Source: Nemertoderma westbladi (taxonomy: Eukaryota > Animalia > Xenacoelomorpha). From it: a stretch of 55,777 nucleotides of DNA. Below the pieces are notes generated by a model. That model had not been told where the DNA came from. It searched no databases and saw nothing but the letters and a program-made list of their open reading frames with translations. Of this stretch, positions 38,021-51,134 are shown one piece after another; position 1 is the stretch's first letter, and each line of letters starts with the position of its first letter. The translations under genes and the position numbers were made by a program. The stretch covers positions 1-55,777 of the forward strand of contig JAUCBJ010008875.1 of NCBI GenBank assembly GCA_032718475.1, read 5' to 3'.

Positions 38021-40449
38021 TGAATTTGAATCTAATCTTGAAAAAGTTATTGTGGATACCACATTAGTAGATATGAATCAAAATATCAAAATATCAAAGA
38101 ACGACATCAAGAGAGTTAGTCTACAAGTTCCTGATCAAAATAATGCTGAACCATATAAATGGTTTCTACCTGGAAGTAGCAGAGATTATGATCTGGAGGG
38201 CGAGAAAAATACTGTCTCAGAAGACAAACTACCACATAATATTTTCAGACGCCTCGTAGATGGATTATCATATCCCATACATATTGTTGACTTTGGAGGC
38301 CAGTGTATATATTACACCACCCATCATATGTTTCTAAGCCCCCGAGCGATATATATAATTGTGTTTAATTTGATACAGGATCTTGATGACACAGCTGATA
38401 TTACATATAGAGCTGATGATGATAACAAACAGAAAAAAGTTTACGGAGAAATGACAAACATTCAGTTTATCGACTTTTGGTTGAGAAGTATCCATTCTTG
38501 TGAAACTGAAAGTAGTTTCAGCCCTACAGTTTTTATAGTAGGTACCCATAAACAATCCCCCGAATTGCATGAAGACGCTAAAACTCGAGATGCTTTAGTG
38601 GCTGATAAGTTTCTTAAAATTAAAAAACTTATATATAAGAACACTTGTTATTCTAATTCTATTATTGAGAATTGCTATGCTGTAGATAATGAAATTCGGT
38701 CTGATCAAATTGAAATACTGCAAACCGCAATTATGAACGCAATTGAATCATCAAAAACGAAAATTCCAATTATTTATCTAAAACTGGAAGAAGTAATCTC
38801 GCAATTAAAGATGAAGAACGTTTTCATTGGGACAAATCTTTTAATTAGTGAGTTAAAAGGTAGCCTTAAAGTAGAAAACATAGAATTGGATGACGCTGAG
38901 TTGAAAACAATGCTGGAGTACTATCACGACATTCGTACTGTTATACACTTTAACGATGAAGCACTAAGAGACACGGTTATATTGAGTCCTGAATGGTTGA
39001 GCCAAATGTTTGCTAAAGTAATAACTGTCAAGGATGACAGGCAATTAGACCATTATGATTACTGGAATGATCTTGACGATCATGGAATACTGCACGGGAA
39101 GCTTATAGATTACCTATGGAAAGGACATCTTGATATCAAACAATTTCTGTTGAAAATTCTGGAACGTTTCGACTTGTTATGTGAAAGAGTTTTACCAACA
39201 GGTCACGAAGAGAATCAAAGTGAAGAAATAGATATGCTTTACTTTGTACCATGTCGTCTCCAACCGCAACCTGTAGAAATTGAATCTTTTATATCCAATG
39301 AACATTGCATAGAATTATACATTATATTTGCTAATTTTCTACGGCTAGATTATTTTTATTTCCGTTTAGTTAAGAGATTCATTGAATTATCTTATATAAA
39401 GGTACAAAATCCAATCAAACCTACCAATATCATTGAACCAAATCTTTACTACCGTGTAGCTCGGATATACTTCCTCTCTAATCATCAAATCATTATTGAA
39501 AGATGTCACAGTCTATTGCACAGAATCAAAGTTTCCATCATGGTGAATGTGGTTGGGTGAATCTGTTCAAACGTCAAACGTCTGTTCAAACGTTCCACCA
39601 GACCGCAACTTTGTTGCTATTATAATCGCATTTTTAAAATATACCATCCCTCAAATACATCGGATTAAATTAACTTATAATTTGGAAATAAAATGTCCAT
39701 GCAACCCATTTAAAGAGAGAAAACAAGAGAAAGAATCTCAGTTCCACTTCCTCAAGTTATCTGAATGTTTAGACAAGGATACAGATACAATCCAATGCAA
39801 GAATGGCATGTCTTTCGACACAAGAACATCATTTAAAGAGAAAATGACTGCAACAACTCCTCACGTAAAGACATTAATACGAAATCAAGCAACATTTGTT
39901 GACAAGATGGAGCCCAATGAATTACTTGTAAAGCTTGAGAGTAATGAAGCTTTTACTAGGGAAGTTAAAAGAGCAACTGTAGCTCTTATAAAGAACAAAT
40001 TTACAATTTTTCACCAAAATATGGCATTACTAGAGGCTTTGAAATGTGCGTCAGAAGCTGTTTATCAAAGTTTTCAGAAAGAATTGATTGCAACAAACCA
40101 AAAACATTTAGCAGAACGTCTGCAAGGAAATGTCTGTTCTGAGGATGACGACTTTCCAGAGAAACTTCTTACATTAAGATCTGATTTGGTTGTGTCTATG
40201 TTTCCGGAAGAATTACTTCCTATTCTTGTATCTAAGGGAGTTCTAAGTACATTTATAGCAGAACGTATCAGTAAACAACCAACAACCTTTGAATCCAATG
40301 TCGATTTAGTTGATTCAATAATGAGACGACCTTATAAGGATTTCCTCCTATTTCGTCAAGGTTTGAGGAATACTAATCAAAAACATTTAGCGGAGTTGCT
40401 TCAGAAAAATGTAGTAGACAAACTAATCAAGGATTTAGGCGAAGCTTAG
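38021..40449 (+). pseudogene. ROCO gene 3' part: Roc G3/G4, COR and two CARDs, with a 1-nt frameshift near 39556
   Basis: IVDFGGQCIYYTTHHMFL, IVGTHK, COR motifs (LEYYHDIRTVIHF, VILSPEWL, YFVPCRL), and two repeats of about 90 aa ending TNQKHLAExL. In frame with the 5' part once element C is removed (SEKQTEFES). Confidence 0.92.
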
Positions 40450-40604
40450 ATTGATTAACTTATATTAAAACAATATAATTATTGGAATAGTTATTATATT
40501 TTGGGTTGGGCTGTACTATAATTTAATTACTTAGTATTTTTAGAGCTTTATTCAAATTGATCGTAACGATCTAGTTAGATCAACCAAAATTATGACAGTG
40601 ATGT

Positions 40605-40692
40605 GGTGATGATAACTCCACCTACTGGCTCCAGAAGTCGAGGAAATCCTGCCAAGTACCTAACTGATCTAGACTTTGCTGATGACTTAGGA
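40605..40692 (+). mobile_element. Short RTE RT fragment
   Basis: Nearly identical to 21320-21410 (YLTDLDFADDL). Confidence 0.8.
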
Positions 40693-42096
40693 GTAGTGTA
40701 ATGGAGTACAGAACTTCGTTGAGTACACTAGTCAGGTTCGATTCACTGGTCATTCTTGAAATCCATATATTTTCGCAATCGTTTGAGTTTTGCATTATTA
40801 AACATAACAACAATAGCTTGGCATCATCCAATGTTTGTATTGATATGATTGTATAGGAAATTGTTGAAAGGAAAAAATAAAATTGAAATTGAAAATTGAA
40901 ATTGAACAATAGCTTGGCTCCTTTTCATTCCAATTCAGCGCCAAGGGGAAATATAATGATGATGATTATAATTTTATTTGGTGTTCAATACATGTTCAGA
41001 GAATCTAGTGTGGCTTTTATTTATTATTAATTCATAGAAAAATCGATTTTTTTATTTAAATAAACATCTTTCTATCTTTCTTTCTTTCAAATAATTTGCC
41101 CTCGTGAATTGAGTTTGCAGTCGTTCGTATTTTAACCTGCTGCCAACATAACATTTGATGTCTGTAGATGTGGATGCCTAACCTATATGAAACATATAAT
41201 GTGCACATTTCAGTATAGTTTTTTTTAAATTAACTATATTATTTTGGTTTGGGTGAATTCTTAGCCCGCGAGTTAGTAAAGGCGCATGTTAGTAAAGGAG
41301 CAGGTTTCAGAGGCGTATTGGGGGAACCAAAACAATAAACGTTATTGTTTTGCGGGCTAAGAAAACCCACGGGCTAAGAATACTCGCGGGCGAAGAATTC
41401 CTGAGACCGGTTTTATATTATATTATAGTTAATTATATAATATAGGGTAATTATATTGCTAAACTAACAAATTATATCATTGCAGTAGTTATGAAGTATT
41501 ACTTGATTCTACATTTTATGCTACATGATTTCAAATTTACTATGAAATATTATATTAATTTAATTTTAATTCATAAGTGGATGTTTTTAAGATAATAACA
41601 TATTTTTAATAATATTAGATATGTAGTTTTCATCGTCATGTGATTAAGACAACCATAATCAGGTCGCACTGCAGACAATAATCTAAATAATTACTAGAAA
41701 ACAAAGTTATACTATTAGGATGTAAACATATCTTTCTCTGGGTAGCATTCCTTCGTTTTCTCCTGAATTTTGTAGCTAGTCGAATCCCCACACTCACTCC
41801 ATCCATAATAAATAGCCTTTCCCAGCTGTAACAAAAATAAAATTTATTTAAAAATAAAAAAATTAAAAGTTAAATTTTATGCACTACTTTACTTCAAAAA
41901 AAGGAAGGAGCCGATTATATAATTATACCAAATGAATAGCTTGTTGTATAAGTCACTTTTACTTCAAGTGATATACTGTTAGTAGGCCTATACTTTTATA
42001 AACTGTATACTCTTGCACAAATATGAAACTGAATCTTTCTAATGTGATGCTCATTTATATATACATGTATACTATAAATATACATATAATATATAT

Positions 42097-42290
42097 GCCG
42101 CCTCCGCTTTGCAGGACATTGCTTTCGCCGTGAGTACCAGTGAGTCTGTGCACAATCTTGCTCTTTGACACCCCATGACTGTCTTAAGACGCCTCTTAAA
42201 GGACTTTGGCCTTGGGGATGCTGATAATAATGGGGATAGGGAATTGCGGCGGTGGAATTTTGTATATAACCTGGCATATCATTATTTGCA
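42097..42290 (+). mobile_element. Diverged RTE 3' fragment
   Basis: cgcctccgctttgcaggacattgctttcgccgtgag matches 21942-21977. Confidence 0.75.
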
Positions 42291-42303
42291 AGCTGCTTCG
42301 GCG

Positions 42304-43399
42304 CAGTGGCGGTACGGCTAATGTCGCGTCACGGAAAGTCGCGTTACGGCTAATTTTCAGAGTAGCCGTAACGCGACTTTGAAAGTCGCGGCACGGCTAC
42401 CCAAAAAGACGAGTTACGGCTAATTTTCAGAGCTTTGAAAGTCGCGGTACGGCTACTCAAAAAGTCGCGTTACAGCTAATCTATTGTCTTGGTTCTACAT
42501 AGGGAATCATTATCAATATTATTCTATGGTGTTTACGCACAGATGAGAAAGGTTCGAAAAATGTAATGTAATAATGTTTTACAACATGGGAGTATCCAGG
42601 GGGGGGGGGGGGGGGTGGGGGATTTTTACTAAAAAAACTTAATTTAATAATTATTGTATTATTATTGCTGTATTGAGTACCGCAGTACACAGTACCATAG
42701 GTATATTAGTCGATAGTATAATCAGTATATTGCCGAAATATTGCACTTTGAATTTATCATTATATTAATCAAATCAAAAATATCTAAAACTAAAGCTTTT
42801 GAATTAGCCAGTCATGCCCCGCGTATGGCATTTGGTTCGGTGGTGGGGTGGGTTGGAATGGTTCAGCCGCGAAGGGGTGGACCGGGGGTGGGTTGGGAAG
42901 AAAGGGTTCGGCCGCGAAGGGGTGGTTCAATACACCAACATGGCAGTCGGGATCACCACCCTCTCCCTCTGAACTTTCAACTGGGTGATCGGCGGCTGGA
43001 AGGACGGCCATTGCCTGCTTGTCAGTCCCCAAACAGAACGCCATATGGTCCAGGTAGCGAGCCAGGCGTTGGAACAACATCGATATGAAGTAGTGGAATA
43101 TGTTCCACAAAACCACTCATTGCTTTTTCGGCTGCTATTATTGGCTGTATTCGGTACCTGTGATTGAGGCTGTGACTAAGAATACCATACAATACAATAT
43201 TATATTAAAATATTGAATGTGAGGTTGTTGAAGAACATACAGTACAGTATGAAAGATGGTAAAATCCCCCCCTCCCGGATACTCTCATGCTGTAAAACAT
43301 TATTACATTACATTTTTCGAACTTCATCTGTACGTAAACACCATAGAATAATAAATTAACAAAAATCAAAAAATTAGCCGTAACGCGACGACACCGCTG
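42304..43399. mobile_element. Putative hAT-like non-autonomous element
   Basis: Ends CAGTGGCG...CACCGCTG. The motif gtcgcgttacggctaa is repeated at the left end and inverted at the right end. The 8-bp flanks match only 5/8 (cttcggcg and cttcacag). Confidence 0.4.
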
Positions 43400-43787
43400 C
43401 TTCACAGTAAGCCAATTGAAGGTTGCATGGTGGTGGAACAAATTTTTGTTATAGATAGATAGATACTTACATACCGCATAATAAACTTGAGAGATTCAAC
43501 CAAAGATTTTAAGTATTTAATTTACCAATTAATAATTAAATGCTTGAGTTAATACAATTATTTTATTCTTTAATTGTCAAGCTGAAGTAAAAACCTTACC
43601 GGTAGGTAGCAAGTACAGTACGATACAAAATACTAAAATAAAAAAGCAACTGACCATTAGACGTTGCATGCAATCAGTAATCAGCTGACGGCTGTCAGCT
43701 GATCAGTAGGTTTCGCCCCAATGGGGGCTTTCTCAAGTAGCTAGTGCTAGATGCATAGACGAGTGCAATAACCAATATACGAATGCG

Positions 43788-44444
43788 ATGATTCAACGCG
43801 AGCTTACCGCCGTCCGTGCCGCTAGGGGGCGTCCTGGCAATTGTAGTGAGAGCGAGGTGACTGCGGCTGCACCCACTGAGGTCATTGACCTGGTGGATCC
43901 AGCACCCGTAGATAATCCCAGGCCTATCATCTGTAAGTTTGAGTACCGCGGTCGGGCTACCAAACTTTTCGTTCGTAGGCTACGTGGTCTAGTACCGAGA
44001 TCTTGCGTACGGCCAGTGCGGTTTGTTTACACAACTGCCAAACTGCGCCAATCACTGCCATCATTGAAACATCCGGTTCCCGATATTCTGGCTTCTAACG
44101 TCGTGTATTCATTTGCTTGTCCCTCTTGTAAGGGGGAATATGTTGGACATACCATCCAACACTTATTTGAACACGTTAGACAGCATCAAGACGGGTCGAC
44201 CAATGATGGTAGTGAACAAAGCAAGACAGTTCACAACCCTATCATGACGCACCGCGGGGAGCCCAACACACGTTGGTTGACCGACTGGCGAGAGTTGTTC
44301 AAACACTTCAAGGTTATTGCACGGCACCCTTTGCGTTCTGTCCGGCAAAAACTAGAAATGTTTTATATACGCACTCGCCAGCCAGCTATTAACAAGCAGA
44401 AACGTGATTGGCGCAAGTTTGAGGTGCTGCTTCCTAGTGGTTAG
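43788..44444 (+). pseudogene. Penelope GIY-YIG endonuclease fragment
   Basis: SNVVYSFACPSCKGEYVGHT...HVRQH...LEMFYI...PAINKQ. Confidence 0.9.
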
Positions 44445-44519
44445 ACGGATACACTTCTACCTTGTTTCACTTTAACGTCCCGTCTCCCTTGGGAACTTCT
44501 ATCTATTGTCTCCTTTCTA

Positions 44520-44590
44520 GCACTAGCTACTTGAGAAAGCCCCCATTGGGGCGAAACCTACTGATCAGCTGACAGCCGTCAGCTGATCAC
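44520..44590 (+). ncRNA. Variant hammerhead-ribozyme-like motif in the Penelope pLTR
   Basis: TTGAGAA, stem GCCCC/GGGGC, then GAAAC. An inverted copy lies at about 43675-43745. The core is non-canonical and stem I/III pairing was not resolved. Confidence 0.5.
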
Positions 44591-46014
44591 TGATTGCATG
44601 CAACGTCTAATGGTCAGTTGCTTTTTTTATTTTAGTATTTTTATCGTACTGTACTTGTTACCTACCGGTAAGGTTTTTACTTCAGCTTGACAATTAAAGA
44701 ATAAAATAATTTATTTTACCGCTGTTCCATAAGCAGCCTGATCGGTAAATTGGATCAATTTAAAAAATTTATATTATTATTCAATCATATTTTTTTGCAT
44801 TAATCTTAGCTGTTAATACAACAATCTTCGAATTAAATTACATGCAGTACCGCTCATGTGATATATTAAATTCCATATTTTAAAGCTAATACAGTAACTC
44901 TAACTGTCTAAAGTTCTGTCATATATTCGACTAGAAATAAAATTATTAACTAATAATAAAATTTTAAATAATTACCTTTAGTGACTTTGATGGATGGCGG
45001 CCCTTTATTATTGGTCCCGATACGGTTGAAAAGCATCACAAGATTGACCTCGATCTTCGCACTGTTCACATATTGAATGTTTGTACCCCATGACGTATGT
45101 ACCCCATGCCGTTATAAAAATATACAGCAAATAATTGAGACGCAACAAAAATTAATTTAAATTACAGTTATACAATGCAGTATGTTGTTATACAGTACTA
45201 CTGTATACTTTGCTCCTGAGTTCTGTATGAACCAATATACCACTATTTTACATCATTCAGTACTTGGCCTATATGGAATACTGACAAAAAGCGCGCCACA
45301 CGTGTTCTGGTTAAACGAAAATCGCGCCACCCATGATATCAAATGCGCGCCAAGCCAACAATTGACTATGAAATTTTGCAGTAATTGCTTAATTGTAATA
45401 ATTTATCAGTTTATAATGCTGTAGCCCTACAGTATTTTAATATTAAAATGCGAGTGTAGCGAGCACGGAAATTTTCCAATTATATCTGATTATGTTAACA
45501 TAAATACAGTCTGACAGTAATAGCTGAATAGTCAGATAGTGCTGTATAGTTGTAGTAGTAGTGGTAGTAGGTAAATGCAGATGTGATCAAGATGCGAGCG
45601 TAGCGAGCACGAAAATTTTAACATTTCAGCATTTAAAGTAGGCAAACCGCCTGTTTTCAAATGTCAAATGCAGATGTCATTAAATTGCGAGCTGATGAGC
45701 GTAGCGAGCACGGAAATTCTGCTGAATCATGCTGTCATGGTTTTATTGGTTTGAAGAATCTGACAATTGAAAAACTTTTGAAACAAGTCATGTTTTTAAT
45801 GGTCATGCTCAATCCGTCTGTTTCCATTTGTCCACAGCCAGACAGTGCTAAGAGTAGGTTTACAGTATAAACGCGAGCGAAGCGAGCGGACATTTTTCAA
45901 TCTTTTTAAACCTATGGAATAATTTCAAATAGAGCTGTAGAGTGGGATGTGTTGCCAGTGCACTGCTCTGCTACACTACCTCCTACTGTCCTAACCTAAC
46001 CCTACATCCATATT

Positions 46015-46220
46015 CGCGCCAGGACCGCCAGGATCCTCAATGCGCGCCACACGCCCCTGTCACTACGCGCCAGGATCCTTAATGCGCGCCACACGCCCCT
46101 GTCACTACGCGCCAGGATCCTTAATGCGCGCCACACGCCCCTGTCACTACGCGCCAGGATCATTAATGCGCGCCACACGCCCCTGTCACTACGCGCCAGG
46201 ATCATTAATCCGCGCCACAC
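46015..46220. repeat. 42-bp minisatellite, about 5 copies
   Basis: Unit atgcgcgccacacgcccctgtcactacgcgccaggatcctta. Confidence 0.95.
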
Positions 46221-49200
46221 ATGTTGAGCAAACTCTACATAAATTCCAACCTGGTACTTGGGCAGTTCCAGTATTGCCTGTAATTGGATGACTCATCACA
46301 GACACTGGTTAACATAGCGTAGGAAAGTTTGTCGTTCAGATAATTATTATTTTGAACGGAAAATGTTTAGTATTGAACCGCTATTGAACTACGGTTATGA
46401 AAAACATAGTTTGGACATTTTTTGAACGACAAATTTAAAAATATCTGAACTGAAATTGAACTGGTTAATTTTTATTGGATAATAATCACTATTGAAACAC
46501 AATCACAATAGAAAACGGAAATATAACTTGCCATTTACAAATCGTTACTTTTCCGTTTCTGAACTCAAATTGAACTGGTTATTGCTTTGGACGCCATTCA
46601 AACGTCAAAGAACATTAACAGGAAATTAACTGATACCATTAATGAACGTTACTTTTCAGTAGAAACACCAACACCATTTAGGCGTTATTATATGGAGACT
46701 AATTTAGAACGTTGAAATCTGGTACAGTATGTGCGACGTTTATGGAGTGGACATGTTCTCAAAGTCCAAAAGCTGTGTGTGTGAACGTTGTGCTACTAGG
46801 GACCCGTTACATTATACTGTTATATACTGCTGGTATATATATATATATACCTTTATACCAATTGAGGGAAAGGAGCAGGTTACAGAGGCAGGCTTTTCTA
46901 ACCAAAACAATAAAGGGCCACTTTACCAATTGAGGGAAAGGATCAGGTTACAGACTGACAGAAGCGAGCTTTTCTAACCAAAACAATAAACGATCACTTT
47001 ACCTGGCCTCTGAGCAAGGTGGGTGTACATGCTGACATGTACTGAAACAGTAATTACAGTCTGACAGTAGCCTATACTACCTACTGACCTATAAACTACC
47101 GGTACTGATTGTAGTACCGGTAAGAAGTCGGAAGTCAGAAAGTCAGTAGCAATCATGTATATGAATATGGCAGTGGTACACTTCACTTAACACTAACATC
47201 CATTGGTACACAAAAGTGATAGAACCCATTATTTAATAATATTAATTGTAATTATTAATATAATTAACTTTAACTATTACCGTTATATTAATGATAACTA
47301 TGGTACTATTACTGTATTAACAAGCTGACAAGAAAGATTAGTAAAATATTGCAGCAAAGGCTGTACCGTATTACAGTACCGATATTATCTTTAATAAATG
47401 TTTACCGGTAATGTTTCACAGTTCAGCAGTTAGGTAAATATGAAATATTAGGCCTATATCTCTTTCTCCTGATTGGTTAGGCCTATACATTATAGCATCA
47501 GATAGTCCGATGCGTCAGTTCGGATCAGATAAGGACTGACAGACTGACGTTTTATTCTACCTCAGTCTGTCAGTCAGATAGTACCGATAGTAGGCCTACT
47601 GGAGTACAGTAGCCTACAGCAGTAGTTCACCGGAATGGAAATGGAAATGGAAATGGAAAGTTTTTATTTACTTCTATAAGTAAAAACGCACCAACATGCA
47701 CAACACAATAAAACAAGATCAATCATTTTTTTAAACATTCACTGAGTGACTGATAGAGGCCGTATCTAAATAATCAAAATATTAATATACATATAGTATA
47801 CTATACAATACACCGATATAAAAACAAATTTATTACTATTGGTAAGTATGTTGGTGTATGCGATATACAATATAAAATAAGTATGTAAGATATTTTTTTT
47901 AAAATACATAAAATAAATTAAAATAAGTCTGTAGGATAGTGATCTTAAAATAGAAACAAACAGCACATTAAAATACTTAAAATTTAATAAAATAAAATGA
48001 TTTAAGATTTAATTATTTTAAGTTAAAGTTAGTAGTTTTATTCTTAAAATAAGCCGTGTTTAATAAAATAAGGATATTATGTAATGTAGGTTTATTGAAT
48101 TAAAATAATGTATTTAAAATAATGGACGTATGTTAGAATATGCGATATACAATATAAAATAAGTATGTAGTGAATTATTTTTAAAATACATAAAATAAAT
48201 TAAAATAAGTCTGTACGATAGTGATCTTAAAATAGCAACAAACAACACATTAAAATATTAAAATACTTAAAAATTAATAAAATAAAATGTTTCAAGTTAG
48301 TAGTTTTATTCTTAAAATAAGCAATGTTTAATAAAATAATTATATTATGTAATGTAGGTTTATTGAATTAAAATAATGTAGAAATAATGTATTTAAAGTA
48401 ATGAAATATTGAAATAAAAATATAAAAGTTTATGTTCTTTTGGACTATTATTATGGTAGATTACGGAATGCTTTCAAGTATGAGGTCAAATCAACATCAC
48501 GTAATAGAGTTTTAAAGGAACCTAGTGATGTAGCCTCAACTACATTGGCCGGTAATCCGTTCCAAGGGTTGATTACTCTAAAGAAAAAGCTATTTTGTAT
48601 TAAGCATGATGCCACATTTGGTTTAAATAACTTGTACTTATGTCCACGTGTTCTACAATTGTTACTAATGTTAAAGCGGTTGATTAAGTTAGGGACATCC
48701 ACCAGACCAAGATCTTCACGAATTATTTTGAAGGTCATAGTTAGATCAAGTCGGAGACGGCGCAGTTCGAGTGATTCGAGACATAGAATACGAAGTCGTT
48801 CAAAGTATGGTGTCTTTGGATCAAGCGAACATCGATAAAACAACCTTCGTGTAAACAATCTTTGAACTTTTTCGAGTTTATCGATGGAACCGAGATAACC
48901 CTCTTTACAAGTAGTTGATAGGAACGGATTCCAAACAGTAGTAGCATATTCCACAAGAGGTCTCGCAAAGGTCGTATAGGCTCTCAATAGTGCTTGGCGG
49001 TTATTGGTACAGAACATTTTAAAAATCACGCTAATAACATAGTATGCCTTTTTACAAATAGCATTAATGTGGTTTTGAAATGACAATGATGAGTCAATAA
49101 TTACACCCAGGTCGCGGCAATGATCAACTCGTGTCAATATGGTGGAATCAATATTGTAGTCAACGCGTTCAAAATTCTTAGTTCCAATATTTAATACTGT

Positions 49201-49764
49201 ACATTTTTCGATAGCGATTGTCATTTGCCATGTATAACACCATTTTACAAAGTTTGTAAGAGATTCTGATAGAGCAATATGATTGTTATTGGGGCCATAT
49301 AATTTATTATCATCCGCAAATAGTTTCATCTCAGCCGGTAGAACACAATTATCAGGGCAATCGTCTATAAAGCATATGAACTTTATTGGTCCTCCAACTG
49401 TTCCTTGTGGGATACTGCTGCCAGTGACGTCTTTATAGCTCGAATATATCCCAGATACCTTAACACGTTGGGTACGGCCAGTCAGGAATGATTGAATCCA
49501 GGTTAATACTTTTCCTTTTATATTATAGCTATGTTCCAACTTATATAATAGTTTAGAATGCGATACTCTGTCAAAAGCTTTTGATAGATCTGTGCTAATG
49601 ACGTCAATACCTGACCCAATTGCCAAAATATCAGTCCAATCGCCCATACACTCCAATAACTGTAGTTCAGTAGATCTTCCTTGGAGGAAACCAAATTGTT
49701 TACCATAAATCAAATTGTTGATACATAAATATTTTATTATTTGTCGCCACATTATTCGTTCAAA

Positions 49765-51134
49765 CAGTGGCGGATCTAAGGGGGGGGCTAAGGGGCTTTA
49801 GCCCCCCCCTTTTAAAAAAATACATAAGTAATGATAAAGAAAATTTTTACTGATTTATACAGTAGCACAGCTCCAATAAGCTGCCCTTTGAGAAAAGGGT
49901 CATTTTTATATTCTCTTTTTTGAAAAAGTACTCTCAGGCAAGGTAAAATTAATCAAAGTTACATTAGCAGCCCGACCAGATTGGATTCACATAATCCCAT
50001 GCCTGAGAGTCCCGGCAGGCAACTGCCTGACTGCACTGCTGCAGTACCGGTACCTACCTGCTGAGCTGACCTGCCTTCGGCGGTACGAAAACGAAAGTAC
50101 AGAAGTACGGTACCGTTACTCCAGTCTGCCAGTTCAGCTGTTCCTGTTACCCTGTCTGTCTGTCTGAGTGTCTGCCACTGCTGCACTGCAGCACTGCCTG
50201 TACAGCTGTAGCTGTAAGCCAGTAAGCCTACCGCTGTACCTGCGCTGTCAGGCTGTTGTAGCTGTATTCTGGTACTTCATACCTGGTTACATGGTTCTGT
50301 AGCAATACTACTCCGCATATTTGGAACTGTGCCAGTGTCAAATGCTACAGCAGAACGGTCATTTTCGAAATTAAAACTTCTAAAAACTTATCTTAGGTCA
50401 ACCATGACCCAGGAGCGTCTCTCTGGGCTAGCATTAATGAGTGTTCATCAGGACATAGATATTCCTGTAGATGCCATTATTAATATTTATGCCAAGCGAC
50501 AAAATCGTCGCATACAATTAATTTAGAAATTTTCACTATGCCTAGCTAGCGTATTTAGATAGTGGTCCAATAATTATCCGCAAGTGAAAAAGTGATCTCC
50601 TGCACAAATTGACCGCAGGTGAAATAAAGTTTCGTTTATTGTTTTGGTTAGAAAACAGACACTGTAACCTAATCCTTTCCCTTAATATTTTAAAGGTTGG
50701 AGTTCCGTCCGTGGCTACATTTTGTTCTTATAGTTCCGCCTGTGGCTACATTTTCTACTTATAGTTCGGCCCGTGGCTACATTTTGTACTTATAGTTCGG
50801 CCCGTGGCTACATTTTGTACTTATAGTTCCGCCCACGGCTACATTTTGTTCTTATAGTTCCGCCTGTGGCTACATTTTGTACTTATAGTTCCGTCCGTGG
50901 CTACATTTTGTTTTCATAGTTCCGCCTGTGGCTACATTTTATACTTATAGTTCGGCCGGTGGCTACATTTTGTACTTATAGTTCCACCCGTGGCTACATT
51001 TTGTTCATCTATTACAATAAATGTCTGATTTTGTTTGTTTTGGTTATATTTTAATATTTATAATTAAATACATTTAATTGTTACTATGAAAAATTTTAAG
51101 CCCCCCCCTTAAGAAATTCCTGGATCCGCCCCTG
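49765..51134 (+). mobile_element. Non-autonomous hAT (Tip100/ZMYM1-like) element
   Basis: 8-bp TSD CGTTCAAA (49757-49764 and 51135-51142). TIRs CAGTGGCGGATC and GATCCGCCCCTG. Dimerization-domain remnant PVSNATAERSFSKLK at 50329-50526. Confidence 0.95.
50701..51006. repeat. 31-bp minisatellite, about 10 copies, inside the hAT element
   Basis: Unit agttccgcccgtggctacattttgtacttat. Confidence 0.95.

Larger units (their letters stand above)
43556..44711 (+). mobile_element. 5'-truncated Penelope-like element with inverted pseudo-LTRs
   Basis: Inverted repeats of about 196 bp (43556-43751 and 44516-44711) surround a GIY-YIG ORF. Confidence 0.9.

Noticed and set aside
46850-47003. Two-copy duplication of about 70 bp
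   Set aside because: An ordinary local duplication with no further structure.
50701-51006. 31-bp array (and the 42-bp array at 46015) as a CRISPR array
   Set aside because: The units are contiguous with no unique spacers, there are no cas genes, and the context is eukaryotic TE sequence.
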